A stretch of DNA of 64,000 nucleotides from Candidatus Bathyarchaeota archaeon (GCA_963702095.1 OY969706.1:320001-384000), one strand, 5' to 3'. Positions 10,351-20,258 are shown, counted from the stretch's first letter. Numbers and translations are program-made. The notes: generated by a model not told the origin, from the sequence alone.

Positions 10351-11631
10351 TTATTGCGCCACCTTCATTTTCTTCTGTAAACTCGATGGCAACGTGGCTA
10401 AGCTAAAGTCGTCGTCGAGCAGTTTTGCCTTGAACTTTTTGACGTTGACAGCGTTCTTCATGATGTAGAAGCGCACGCCAGCGCCTTCGATGCAGTTTAC
10501 CAGTGTCATGCCGACGATTACGTCGTTTCGCAGCACCAGTTTCTTGTACACCTTCGCCTCTGCATCCATCTTTACGAGGATTTCGAGGGTAGAGTCCTCT
10601 TTGGGGTTAGCTAAACCGATGGAGACGATGGGTATGTTGAAGTATTTGAGGCTGCTCATGTTGGTTCCGCCCTTGTAGATGGCTTTTTGACCAGCCATAT
10701 TGCTGCCTGCAACACGGCCCTCCTCGACTGCTAAGGGCCAAAGGGGTAACTGGCGGTTTTGGCCCAAGATGAAATCGTAGGCTTCCGCTACGTCGCCGCT
10801 GGCATAAACGTCAGGTACGTTGGTTTGCATCGTGTTGTCAACGACTATGCCCCGGTTGACTTTGAGGGGTGTGCCAGTTGCTAAGTCGGTTCTTGGGATG
10901 ACGCCGATGGCAACTATGACTAAGTCAGTGGGTACGGTGTCGCCTTTGGTTAAGACTACGCCGCCGACTGCGCCTTCGTTGCCCTCTTTGCCGATGATTT
11001 TCTGGACAGATTGCCCAGTCATGATGTTGACGCCTGCGGCTTTGACCACGGATTCCACGATGTCAGAGGCTTTGGGGTCAAGGAGTAAGCTGAGAATTTT
11101 ATCCTGCAACTCAACCATCGTCACCTTCAAACCCCGCTTGGTTAAGGCGTCGGTTACGCTTATGCCGATTAAGCCTGCGCCGATAACCACTGCGGACTTG
11201 GCGTTTACGGCGTCAATTTTGGCAGAGAGCTGTTCAGCGTCTTTTATGGTGGTAAACGTGAATACGCCGTCTTTTTCCTGTCCCTCCATCTTGGGCACAA
11301 AGGGTTTGCCGCCTGTGGCTAAGAGGAGTTTTTCGTAGGATATTTTTTCGCCGCTCTCCAAAGTTACGGTTTTTGCCGCTGTATCTATTGCAGCGGCTTT
11401 TTTGCCAAAGATTGTTTGGACATTGCTTCGCACCCAGAAGCTGTCTTCTCGGCACTTCATTTTGGGAAAATCTGCTTTGCCACTGACGTAGTCGCTGATC
11501 ATGGGGCGACTGTACTGGGGGCAGGGTTCATCGGAGATGACTACGAGGGTGCCGATTGGGTCGTCTTCGCATATGGCTTCAACTGCGCCGATGCCTGCTG
11601 CTGAAGCGCCGACTATGACATACTTTGCCAT
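10351..11631 (-). CDS. FAD/NAD(P)-dependent pyridine nucleotide-disulfide oxidoreductase (probable electron-input subunit of the operon)
   Basis: GASAAG FAD motif, LLATGG, VVIGAGLIG, TNVPDVYASGD. Confidence 0.88.
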   Translation of the reverse strand: MAKYVIVGASAAGIGAVEAICEDDPIGTLVVISDEPCPQYSRPMISDYVSGKADFPKMKCREDSFWVRSNVQTIFGKKAAAIDTAAKTVTLESGEKISYEKLLLATGGKPFVPKMEGQEKDGVFTFTTIKDAEQLSAKIDAVNAKSAVVIGAGLIGISVTDALTKRGLKVTMVELQDKILSLLLDPKASDIVESVVKAAGVNIMTGQSVQKIIGKEGNEGAVGGVVLTKGDTVPTDLVIVAIGVIPRTDLATGTPLKVNRGIVVDNTMQTNVPDVYASGDVAEAYDFILGQNRQLPLWPLAVEEGRVAGSNMAGQKAIYKGGTNMSSLKYFNIPIVSIGLANPKEDSTLEILVKMDAEAKVYKKLVLRNDVIVGMTLVNCIEGAGVRFYIMKNAVNVKKFKAKLLDDDFSLATLPSSLQKKMKVAQ

Positions 11632-11632
11632 T

Positions 11633-12076
11633 TTAGCCCCTCACCTCGATGAATACTAGGGCTTGGTTGGGGCAGTTGGCGACGCATGCGGGTTCTTTTT
11701 GGTCTTGGCAGAGGTCGCATTTAGCTGCTACGTGGTTTTCTTTGTCCATTTTTATGGCGCCGTAGGGGCAAACCATGATGCAGGTCCAGCAGCCGATGCA
11801 TTTGTCTTTGTTGTGTTTGACTTCGCCTGTTTTTTCGTCTTTGGTCATGGCGCCGGTTAGGCATGCGGTTACGCAGGTGGCGTCTTCGCAGTGGCGGCAT
11901 TGGATGGCAAAGGAGATGGGTTTGTTGATTTGCCGTTGGATTCGGCTTATGGGTTTGGGTTGTTCGCTGTTGTAGGATTTGATTATGTCTTTGGTTTTTG
12001 AGTGTGCGACGGTGCAGTAGACTTCGCAGAGTCCGCAGCCGATGCAGGCTTCTTGTTTGGCGACTATTTTTTTCAT
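11633..12076 (-). CDS. 4Fe-4S dicluster protein (CooF/HydN-like)
   Basis: CIGCGLCEVYC, CRHCEDATCVTAC, CIGCWTCIMVCP, KCDLC..PACVANCP; ATG at 12076 preceded by GAGG. Confidence 0.9.
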   Translation of the reverse strand: MKKIVAKQEACIGCGLCEVYCTVAHSKTKDIIKSYNSEQPKPISRIQRQINKPISFAIQCRHCEDATCVTACLTGAMTKDEKTGEVKHNKDKCIGCWTCIMVCPYGAIKMDKENHVAAKCDLCQDQKEPACVANCPNQALVFIEVRG

Positions 12077-12219
12077 GGGGTATCCTCTTTTTTTGGGGGT
12101 TGGCGCGGACATGTGAGCATGTGGATGTGAAGTTCCACGTCACTTGTGCAGGAAACACCTTTGCTTATTGTTGATTGATCATTTTTTTTGATTGCTACTT
12201 TACAGGTGTTTAGCGGCAT
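12073..12219 (-). CDS. 48-aa small protein heading the glutamate-synthase operon (not in the ORF track)
   Basis: MPLNTCKVAIKKNDQSTISKGVSCTSDVELHIHMLTCPRQPPKKEDTP*; AAGGA upstream; stop overlaps the ferredoxin start as ATGA. Confidence 0.55.
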   Translation of the reverse strand: MPLNTCKVAIKKNDQSTISKGVSCTSDVELHIHMLTCPRQPPKKEDTP

Positions 12220-12347
12220 TCTGTATCCTTCTTTAACTTAGAGTGCCCACCTGAATAGCATGTTTTCTATATAACTTTGTTGATAATCATTTATATGAAA
12301 GAACGTGATACACGTAATGTAAATGAATCGTTTACCAGGGATATGCT

Positions 12348-13451
12348 TTGGCAGAAAAAGACCTAGGATATAGAAAAGTCCAATGCACAGGCAGAGGCTC
12401 CTACATCATCTCACTCCCAAAAGAATGGGTCGAAGACATCGGCTTAAAACGCGGCAGCGAAATAGCGTTTAACATCCAACCCGACAACACACTATCACTC
12501 GTACCCAGAAAAATCGCTGAACGCGAAGGCAAAACCGACGCCGACAAACTCAAAGAATACGTCATAAACGTCGACCCCAAAGAAGCCCCCGAATCAGCCC
12601 TACGCATGATACGAGCCCTCTACGCCATAGGAGCCGACATCATACGCATCCACTTCAAAAACCAAAAAGACGCCCCAAAATACAAAAACGACACCAAAAA
12701 CTTTGTGCGCGACACTTTTCTTGGCGCTGAAATCATAGATGAAACCCCCGACGAAATCACCCTCCAAATTCTTATAAAACACAGCGAATTCGGCATAGAG
12801 AAAGCGGTCCGCCGCATGGCAATCGTGGCGCTTGCAGCCAACCGGGACGCAATCGCCTCTCTCACCGACAGCAATCCCTCACTTGTGGAAAGCGTGACAC
12901 ACGCCCGAAACGACGTTAACCGGCTGGGACTCTACATCGTGCGCCAACTCAAATACGGCATCGAACGCAACCTCTACCGCGAACTCGGCTTCCGCACACC
13001 CAAAGAGTTCTTGCTCTACCGCATAGCCGTCAACGATATCGAAAATATCGGAGAAAACGCCCTAAATATCATGAACAACATAAGCGCATTTAGAAAACTC
13101 ATCGACGACGAAACTCTCTTCATAAAAGACCCAATAGACGAAGAAGTGCATGGGCAACTGATGAGCTATTATACGCAGGCACAGCAGTTCTACGAGGACG
13201 CTGTTAAAGCAGTGTTTAAGCGTGACTACAAAGACGCTGAGAAGTTGATTTCGAAGCGGGAAACGTTTGCTGCTTTGGAGATGGAGTTGATGATGTTGAT
13301 TTCGAGCAAGAAGATGGACCCCAATGTGACGGCGATTTTGCGGTTGATTTTTGACAACGCCAAACGCATCATGGACTACGGCAGAAACATGGCTGAGCTC
13401 ACATTAAACCGCACCGTAGAAGAACTCTGCTCAACATTAACCTACAAGTAA
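12348..13451 (+). CDS. AbrB/SpoVT-PhoU phosphate-uptake-regulator family protein
   Basis: RKVQ.TGRGSYIISLPKEW AbrB domain followed by helical PhoU-like repeats (DIENIGE, KRIMDYGRNMAE). Confidence 0.85.
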   Translation: MAEKDLGYRKVQCTGRGSYIISLPKEWVEDIGLKRGSEIAFNIQPDNTLSLVPRKIAEREGKTDADKLKEYVINVDPKEAPESALRMIRALYAIGADIIRIHFKNQKDAPKYKNDTKNFVRDTFLGAEIIDETPDEITLQILIKHSEFGIEKAVRRMAIVALAANRDAIASLTDSNPSLVESVTHARNDVNRLGLYIVRQLKYGIERNLYRELGFRTPKEFLLYRIAVNDIENIGENALNIMNNISAFRKLIDDETLFIKDPIDEEVHGQLMSYYTQAQQFYEDAVKAVFKRDYKDAEKLISKRETFAALEMELMMLISSKKMDPNVTAILRLIFDNAKRIMDYGRNMAELTLNRTVEELCSTLTYK

Positions 13452-13472
13452 GCTATACATGTAAGAGAATGG

Positions 13473-13550
13473 TGGTGCTCCGGCCGGGATTCGAACCCGG
13501 GTCCGCGACTCGAGAGGCCGCTATACTTGACCGGACTATACTACCGGAGC
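13473..13550 (-). tRNA. tRNA-Glu(CTC)
   Basis: GCTCCGG acceptor, anticodon arm GCGGC-CT CTC GA-GTCGC, GGTTCGAATCC T-loop, encoded CCA. Confidence 0.95.
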
Positions 13551-13716
13551 ACAGTTTTAGCGTACATACAGATTTCTTCTGTATTAATTTACCTTCCTCT
13601 CAAAACAGCCTGATAGAATAGCAAACCGTAGGTCAGGTCAGCCAATTAGACTTTTTTTGGGTTTTATGGCTGAATTTTTAAGGCAGAACCTACCACTCTT
13701 CTGGGGAGGCATCTGC

Positions 13717-14151
13717 TTGGAAACTGAGCAAGAACTCAACGCGTCAACCTTTCAAACCTACGTTTACCTCGTCAAAACAGGCAAACCCGTGGGCCCCAGA
13801 GATGTCATGCGGGGCGCCAACCTCAGCAGCCCAAGCGTCGCCTACCGCAACCTACAGAAACTCGTTGATTTAGGCTTGGTCGTCAAAGACAACTATGGCA
13901 ACTATGTGGTTAAAGAAAAAGTCGGCATGAAAGGCTACGTTTGGGTGGGTAAAACGTTGATTCCAAGCTTCGCCGTGTTAGGTTTAATCTTCGTCGGAGT
14001 GTTGATTGGGGAAATAGCGGTTTTGCTGCCGCACCTGTTCTTGGGTGCTTCCGTGGAGGAGTCGTTTTGGCTTTTGATGGTGGTGACGGCGGTGGTTGCC
14101 TCGATTTTCATGGTGTTAACTTGGAAAAACAGAAATAAATCTAAAACTTGA
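13717..14151 (+). CDS. winged-helix protein with two C-terminal TM helices (membrane-bound regulator-like)
   Basis: GGAGG before TTG; GPRDVMRGANLSSPSVAYRNLQKLVDLGLV HTH, then two hydrophobic segments. Confidence 0.75.
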   Translation: METEQELNASTFQTYVYLVKTGKPVGPRDVMRGANLSSPSVAYRNLQKLVDLGLVVKDNYGNYVVKEKVGMKGYVWVGKTLIPSFAVLGLIFVGVLIGEIAVLLPHLFLGASVEESFWLLMVVTAVVASIFMVLTWKNRNKSKT

Positions 14152-14192
14152 AAACGAAACAAAAATTAAAATAAAGGAAAGTTAGGGGAAGC

Positions 14193-15842
14193 TTATTCTT
14201 CGCCCATACCGCCCGGCATTCCGCCTGGGCCACCTGGACCGCCTTTTGGAGATTTGGCTGTGATTACATCGTCTATGCGTAGAATCATAGCTGCGGATTC
14301 TGAAGCTGATTTGATTGCTTGTTCTTTGACCATGATTGGTTCGATGACGCCGTTTGAAATGCTGTCTTGGAGTTTGCCCGTGTAGATGTTTATCCCCATG
14401 AATTTGCCGTTTTCTTTGTCGTGGACCTGCCGTAGCTCAACGAGGATGTCGATGGGTTCTAAACCTGCGTTTTCTGCGAGGGTGCGTGGGATGACTTCGA
14501 CTGCATCTGCAAAGGCTTCAACTGCGAGTTGTTCGCGTCCGCCGACTTTGGTTGCGTATTTGCGGAGTTCTTTTGCGATTTCGATTTCGATGGCGCCGCC
14601 GCCTGGAACAATCTTGTTGTTCTCGATTACGTCGCTAACGACTGAGAGTGAGTCAATCATTGCGCGTTCGGCTTCGTCAACCATGCGTTCGAGTCCTGCA
14701 CGGATGAGGATGGCTACACTGTGAGGGTCTTTGCATTTCTCGACGAAAATCATTTTGTCGTCGCCGATTTTGCGTTCCTCCACTAAACCTGCAAATCCAA
14801 GGTCGGTTTTCTTGAGGTCGTCAAGGTCGCTAACGATTCTGCCGCCTGTGGCGCGTGCAAGCTTCTCCATGTCTGATTCTTTTACGCGTCGGGCTGCGAT
14901 GATGCCTTCTTTGGCTAAAAAGTGCTGGACCATGTCGTCGATGCCTTTTTGGCAGAAAATCACGTCTGCGCCAGAGGCTTTGACTTTTGAGACCATGTCT
15001 TGCAGCATGTCGGTTTCTTGGTCAAGGAAAGCTTTCATCTGAGATGGGTCTTTGATTCTGATTTCAGCTGTTATCTCGGTTTTCTCGATTTCTAATGCTG
15101 AGTCAAGAAGCGCAATTTTTGCCTTTTCCTTAGTTTTTGGCATGCCGGGGTTTACGACTTCTTTGTCTATGATGATGCCTTGGATAAGTTCGGTTTCAAG
15201 GAGGCTTTTGCCTGTTTTCTTGATCAATTGGATGTTGTCTATGTCAGCGATTGTTTTGTCTCCCCGTTGCTCCGCGATCTGTTTTACCGCTTCGATGCTG
15301 ATTTCTGCAAGGTGGTCTTTTGCTCCGCCGACTGCTTTGCTGCTCATGCTGGTTAAGGCTACTTTGAGGAGTAGTTTTTTGTCGTTGGTGTCAAGGGGCA
15401 CTGCGGTTTTGTTGATGACTTCGATGGCTTTAACTGAGGCTTTGCGGAAGCCACTGACAAGTATTGTTGGGTGAATGTTTTGGTCGAGGAGTTCCTCGGC
15501 TTTTTTGAGAAGTTCACTGGCTATGACTACTGCGCTGGTGGTTCCGTCGCCGACCATGTCGTCTTGGGTCTTTGCGATTTCAACCATCATTTTTGCCGCT
15601 GGATGTTCAACGTCGATTTCTTTGAGGATAGCTGCCCCGTCGTTGGTGATTGTGATGTCGCCTAGGCCGTCGATGAGCATTTTATCCATGCCCCGTGGAC
15701 CTAAAGTGGTTTTTAATACTTCACCGATTACTCGGGCTGCCATAATGTTGTTTCGTTGGGCTTCTTTTCCTCTGCTGCGTGTTGTTCCTTCTTTGAGGAT
15801 GAGGACTGGCTGTCCTGAACCTGTTGTTGTTAAATACGCCAT
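14193..15842 (-). CDS. ths: thermosome (group II chaperonin) subunit
   Basis: TTLGPRGMDKML, TNDGAAIL, GDGTTSA, GGGAIE, GGM-rich tail. Confidence 0.97.
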   Translation of the reverse strand: MAYLTTTGSGQPVLILKEGTTRSRGKEAQRNNIMAARVIGEVLKTTLGPRGMDKMLIDGLGDITITNDGAAILKEIDVEHPAAKMMVEIAKTQDDMVGDGTTSAVVIASELLKKAEELLDQNIHPTILVSGFRKASVKAIEVINKTAVPLDTNDKKLLLKVALTSMSSKAVGGAKDHLAEISIEAVKQIAEQRGDKTIADIDNIQLIKKTGKSLLETELIQGIIIDKEVVNPGMPKTKEKAKIALLDSALEIEKTEITAEIRIKDPSQMKAFLDQETDMLQDMVSKVKASGADVIFCQKGIDDMVQHFLAKEGIIAARRVKESDMEKLARATGGRIVSDLDDLKKTDLGFAGLVEERKIGDDKMIFVEKCKDPHSVAILIRAGLERMVDEAERAMIDSLSVVSDVIENNKIVPGGGAIEIEIAKELRKYATKVGGREQLAVEAFADAVEVIPRTLAENAGLEPIDILVELRQVHDKENGKFMGINIYTGKLQDSISNGVIEPIMVKEQAIKSASESAAMILRIDDVITAKSPKGGPGGPGGMPGGMGEE

Positions 15843-16061
15843 ATGTTATCCCTACTGTAGTAGAATCTTGTTTAATTCGGAATATTGCAAAAAGTAAACA
15901 GAAATATAAACTTTAAGGCTTATCGAGAGCACTTGTGGGTTTTGACTGTTTTCCTAAGGGCACAACGGTTCTATACAGAGACTACGATGGAGGCGGGCTG
16001 TAACGTAGTTGTTGTTGCAAGTGTTTTTAAGAAGCCCTTACCCCTAGCAGTATAGCCGGCA

Positions 16062-16526
16062 ATGAGCATGAAGACGTTAATCATCTGTTTCTCATATCAC
16101 CACCAAAACACTCGGAAAATAGCTTCCTCCATCGCAGGTGTTCTCGGCGCCGAAGTTAAAGCGCCACAAGATGTTGACCCAGCTATGCTTTCGGGCTACG
16201 ATTTGGTCGGTTTCGGCTCAGGCATCTACATGGGCAAACACCACTCGTCACTACTGGAGTTGGCTGATAAGCTACCGCAAACCAATGGTCAGAAAACGTT
16301 TGTTTTCTCCACCAGCGGACAACCCAACAACGGCGAAAAACTGCATCGGAAACTACGGGAGAAACTACAAGCCAAAGGCTATAGCATCATCGGCGAATTC
16401 AACTGCCCCGGATACGACACCTACGGAGCATTGAAAATCTTAGGCGGCGTCCAGAAAGGGCACCCAGACGAAGCGGACTTAAAAGCGGCGGCATCCTTCG
16501 CGGAGTCGCTTAAGGATAAGGCGTAA
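16062..16526 (+). CDS. flavodoxin family protein
   Basis: SYHHQNTRKIA, YDLVGFGSGIY, FSTSG, F.CPG.DT.G, GHPDEADL. Confidence 0.88.
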   Translation: MSMKTLIICFSYHHQNTRKIASSIAGVLGAEVKAPQDVDPAMLSGYDLVGFGSGIYMGKHHSSLLELADKLPQTNGQKTFVFSTSGQPNNGEKLHRKLREKLQAKGYSIIGEFNCPGYDTYGALKILGGVQKGHPDEADLKAAASFAESLKDKA

Positions 16527-16627
16527 CCGTTTTTTCTCTAAGAGGAAGGGTGCTATTAGCTGTTTTTGCAGTCATCAGTATTTTGAAAAAAGCGGGCAAA
16601 AGGGAAAAAGGGTTGTGGGTGGACGGT

Positions 16628-18152
16628 TTACTGTTTCTGTTTGCCGTTGTAATCCGTCGAAAGCACATTCATTCCGCTAAGCACTGCTTCGATGCTGGCT
16701 TTAACGATGTCCTCGCGCACGCCCATGGCGGTGACGGTTCGGTTGCCGCGGCGCATGTGCACGACGACTTCCACCATGGCGTCTGTGCCACCCGTGATGG
16801 CTTTAACGTTGTATTGCTCAAGCGTGATGGGCTGGGTTTCTTTGATAGCGTCTTTGACCGCGTTTATGGTGGCGTCGACGGGGCCGACTCCTATGGCGCT
16901 GCCCCAGACGTCTTTGCCGTTGAGTTTGAGGCGCACCGACGCAGTGGAGGTGACTTTGTTGCCGCCCACAAACGTCATTTCCTCGAGTACAATCGGCTTT
17001 TCACCGCTCAACCCCATGACGGTTTCAGCGATAGCAAGTACGTCGGCATCCATGACTGTTTTGCCCTTGTCGCCGAGCTCTTTTATGCGTTGGAATATGT
17101 CGCGGAACTGCTCTTCCGTGGGTTTGAGACCCATGTATGCAAGGTCTGCTTTGATGGCATTGCTGCCGCTGTGTTTGCCCGGGGCGATGCGACGTGTGCA
17201 ACCGACGAGTTCAGGCGCGATGGGCTCATAGGTTAAGGGGTTTGCGAGTACGCCTTGGGTATGGATGCCGCTTTCGTGGGTGAAAGCGTTTTCGCCGACG
17301 ACGGCTTTGTTGGGTTGGGTGTGGATTCCTGTTAGGCGGCTGACTAATTGCGAAGTGTTATAGAGCAACTCAGTTTTGATGTTGAGGTCCAACTTGTAGA
17401 GGCTACGCAGGGTGATGACGATTTCTTCAAGCGCCGCGTTACCTGCACGTTCACCCAAACCGTTGATGGTGCCATGTGCTTCCTGTGCGCCCGCGCCCAA
17501 TGCGGCGACGGTGTTGGCGACTGCCATGCCGAAGTCGTTGTGGCAGTGCACGCCGACGGGCACCTTGATTTTTTCTGTTAATTTAGTGAAATATTCGAAG
17601 CTGCGGTCAGGTGTTAGGATGCCTACGGTGTCGCATGGTGTGACGCGGTCCGCTCCGCAGTTAATGGCGGTCTGGAACACTTTGACTAGGTAGTCAAAGT
17701 CCGAGCGTGTAGCGTCCTCGGCGAGCAAGTCGACTTTTAAGCCGTGTTCTTTAGCGTAGGAGACGCATTCCTGTGTGGCTTTGAGCACTTGTTCGCGGGT
17801 TTTGCGGAGTTTGCACTCGATATGCAAATCCGAGGTGGGTATAATCATGCTTATGGTTGAGGCGCCGCTTTTGATGACGGCGTCTATGTCGCCTCGTGTG
17901 CCTCTGCCGGCGCTGCTGACTTCTGCGCGTAAGCCCTGTTTTGCAATCACGCGTATAGCCTCCAGTTCGCCTTCAGAAACCGCTGCGAACCCAGCCTCAA
18001 TCACGTCGACGCCGAGTTCATCTAGCCTCTGGGCTATTCGCAGTTTGTTTTCAGGAGTCAAGCTTACTCCGGGTGTTTGTTCGCCATCTCTTAGGGTGGT
18101 GTCTAAAAATTTTATGGTTTTAGGGAAGCGGTTGAATAAAGCAATACCCCAT
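16628..18152 (-). CDS. 2-isopropylmalate/(R)-citramalate synthase (LeuA/CimA family); 5' end has a start/frame anomaly
   Basis: DTTLRDGEQTPG lies in frame upstream of the tracked TTG (18061); HCHNDFGMA, INGLGERAGN, HESGIH, C-terminal regulatory domain G.GPVDA. Confidence 0.9.
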
Positions 18153-18258
18153 TGTAATCACGTACCTGTTCTCAGCGTCAAGCGCAGATATAAAAATTAT
18201 GGTGTTTAGGATTCACCGTACATCCCACCTGCCAGCTTAGATGGCTAACACTTGCGGG

Positions 18259-18579
18259 TTAGGCTGTCTTAGGCAACTTCACAACAAGGAACCTAAAGAC
18301 ACCTTCTCCAGTGTTGCGGAGAAGATGCGGAATACCTTTCGGGCTGTCAACTATAGTGTCTTTTTCCACTTCTTGAACTTCGTCGCCGATTTCTACAGTT
18401 CCCTTGCCCTCAAGAATATAGAAAAATACATCCACAGGAGTAGTGTGTCTTTTAAGTGCCTGACCAGACATCAAAGCCATATGGATAACTTCAGCGTCCC
18501 GCGTCTCATAGATTCTTCTTGCATCGACTCCATGGGCGTTCTGGAAAGAGTTAGTTTCTTCAACCTTAATGATTTTCAT
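18259..18579 (-). CDS. cupin domain protein
   Basis: GQALKRH, FFYILEGKG, P.GIPH..RN. Confidence 0.85.
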   Translation of the reverse strand: MKIIKVEETNSFQNAHGVDARRIYETRDAEVIHMALMSGQALKRHTTPVDVFFYILEGKGTVEIGDEVQEVEKDTIVDSPKGIPHLLRNTGEGVFRFLVVKLPKTA

Positions 18580-18745
18580 AAATACAGTATTCGCAGCGTT
18601 AATAATTTAGAGTTATCCATAATATCTTAGTGTTTCCTTTTTTTCCCTAAAAGTTAGAATTTGGTGTCCCCACAGAATGCTGACTGTGAATAGAGTTGGA
18701 TATTGTGGGAAGAATCCGCGGGTTTACCGTAACGTTTATTAGAAT

Positions 18746-18784
18746 TATCGATTATTCGATATATCGATTAAACGATATCGAATA
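18746..18784. promoter_or_regulatory. putative PadR operator array
   Basis: Perfect palindrome TCGATATATCGA (18756-18767), inverted repeat TATTCGATAT/ATATCGAATA and direct repeat TATCGATTA x2, 10 bp before the padR ATG. Confidence 0.6.
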
Positions 18785-18794
18785 GGCGATAAAA

Positions 18795-19262
18795 ATGTAT
18801 GAACAAAACAACCGAGGACACCACGGACACGGACACCACCCAGGCTGCGGACACCACCGCAGACGAGGCAGCCTCCGAACCTGGGTGTTCTCCATACTCC
18901 AACAAGCACCAAAAAACGGTGCAGAAATAAGCAACCAAATAGAAGAAGCCAGCCAAGGCAACTGGAGACCATCACCAGGCTCAATTTACCCCTTGCTAGA
19001 TGAACTCTGCAAAGAGGGCAGCATAGCCAAACGGGAAGATGGGCGGTACGAAATTACCGAAAGAGGCAAACAGGAATTTGAGTGGCCTTACAACAACGCA
19101 GCAAGACAACCACGGTCCTTAGACGACGTAGTAGAGGAAATGAATAGTTACCTATCCTATATTGAAGACCTAAAACGCATGGATCCCGCAAAGATTGCCC
19201 CCAACATGGATAAACTGAAAACCCTCAGAGACCGCCTAACAACCATCATTGACACACCTTGA
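18795..19262 (+). CDS. PadR-family transcriptional regulator with His-rich N-terminus
   Basis: WRPSPGSIYPLL..L...G.I and YEITERG motifs; N-terminus GHHGHGHHPGCGHH. Confidence 0.9.
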   Translation: MYEQNNRGHHGHGHHPGCGHHRRRGSLRTWVFSILQQAPKNGAEISNQIEEASQGNWRPSPGSIYPLLDELCKEGSIAKREDGRYEITERGKQEFEWPYNNAARQPRSLDDVVEEMNSYLSYIEDLKRMDPAKIAPNMDKLKTLRDRLTTIIDTP

Positions 19263-19311
19263 ATACAAATACAAAATTGAACTCTACAAAATTTCATGGG
19301 GGGATTTACTT

Positions 19312-20073
19312 ATGGAAGATTCTAAAAATCTGTGTTTAACCCTACATGATTCTGAGTGTGAATCGAGCAAAAGCATGCAAGACTACCTCAAAGCAATAGT
19401 AGCCCTATCAAACAGTGACGACTGGGTTACAACCACCCAAATCAGCCGATACCTCAAAATAGCGTCCCCAAGCGTCACTTCAATGCTAAAAAAACTATCA
19501 AAAAACAGTTACGCAACCTACAGACCCTACCACGGAATCACGCTTACTCCGAAAGGCATTAGGGAATCCCAAAAAATCACACGCAAACACATGCTACTGG
19601 AGAAACTCTTTTCAGACGTGTTACCTATCCAAAAAAGTCATATAGACTCTCAAGCCTGCGCCATGGAACACTCCATATCCGACGACGTGGAAGCAGCATT
19701 GTGCCGCTATCTCCATCACCCAGACAGATGCCCCGACGGCAAAATCATACCTGCCTGCGACCGCCCATGCATAACATGCCAAGAATGCATCGCCCTGCAC
19801 AATAAAGGCTTGCAAATAGTTAAGAGACGCCAGCAAAACCTGCACTCAATATATGACCTCAAAGCCAAAGACACCGCAAAAATCGCGTTCATCAGGGAAG
19901 AGCAACCGATGCTTCAAAGGATTTTCGATATGGGCCTAATCATTGGAACCGAAGTAACAATCGAGAGAATCATCTCGGCGAATGAAGCAGTAGAGGTTAA
20001 AGTAGGAGGGTCAAATGTTCTGATGGGTCAAGACGTCGCGGCTAAGGTGTTTGTTGAATTGATTAGCCAATAG
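19312..20073 (+). CDS. DtxR/MntR-family metal-dependent regulator with FeoA domain
   Basis: QDYLKAI, SPSVTSMLKKL, LTPKG, RKH.LLE, AC.MEH, CPDG..IP; C-terminal FeoA-like MGL..GTEV. Confidence 0.9.
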   Translation: MEDSKNLCLTLHDSECESSKSMQDYLKAIVALSNSDDWVTTTQISRYLKIASPSVTSMLKKLSKNSYATYRPYHGITLTPKGIRESQKITRKHMLLEKLFSDVLPIQKSHIDSQACAMEHSISDDVEAALCRYLHHPDRCPDGKIIPACDRPCITCQECIALHNKGLQIVKRRQQNLHSIYDLKAKDTAKIAFIREEQPMLQRIFDMGLIIGTEVTIERIISANEAVEVKVGGSNVLMGQDVAAKVFVELISQ

Positions 20074-20115
20074 AAGAAAATACTCCCTCCTTAACAATGG
20101 ATTAAAGGGTTTTCT

Positions 20116-20258
20116 TTCTGCTTGAGGATTTGCCCTCAACCAGCCAGCAACCTGCACCGCAACCAGAAAATAAAATGCAACCACCAGCAAAACCCACAGG
20201 AAGAAGAAGAGTAGGGGACCACTGCCTTCTTCTTAAACTAAAAAAACAAAAAAGCCCA
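20116..20258 (+). repeat. dispersed repeat family A, copy A2
   Basis: TTCTGCTTGAGG..CAACCAGCCAGCAAC...GAAGAAGAAGAGTAGGGGACCACTGCCTTCTTCTTAAACTAAAAAAACAAAAAAGCCCA. Confidence 0.85.

Noticed and set aside
13470-13475. tRNA-Glu followed by CCACCA
   Set aside because: The CCACCA degradation tag is added post-transcriptionally; a genomic extra CCA would be removed by normal 3' processing and is plausible by chance.
15936-15953. Near-identical 17-18-mer TGGGTTT(T)GACTGTTTTC also at about 50504-50520, with GGTGAAGGCAGA (family-A-like) at about 50532
   Set aside because: Too short and T-rich to separate from chance without a genome-wide count.
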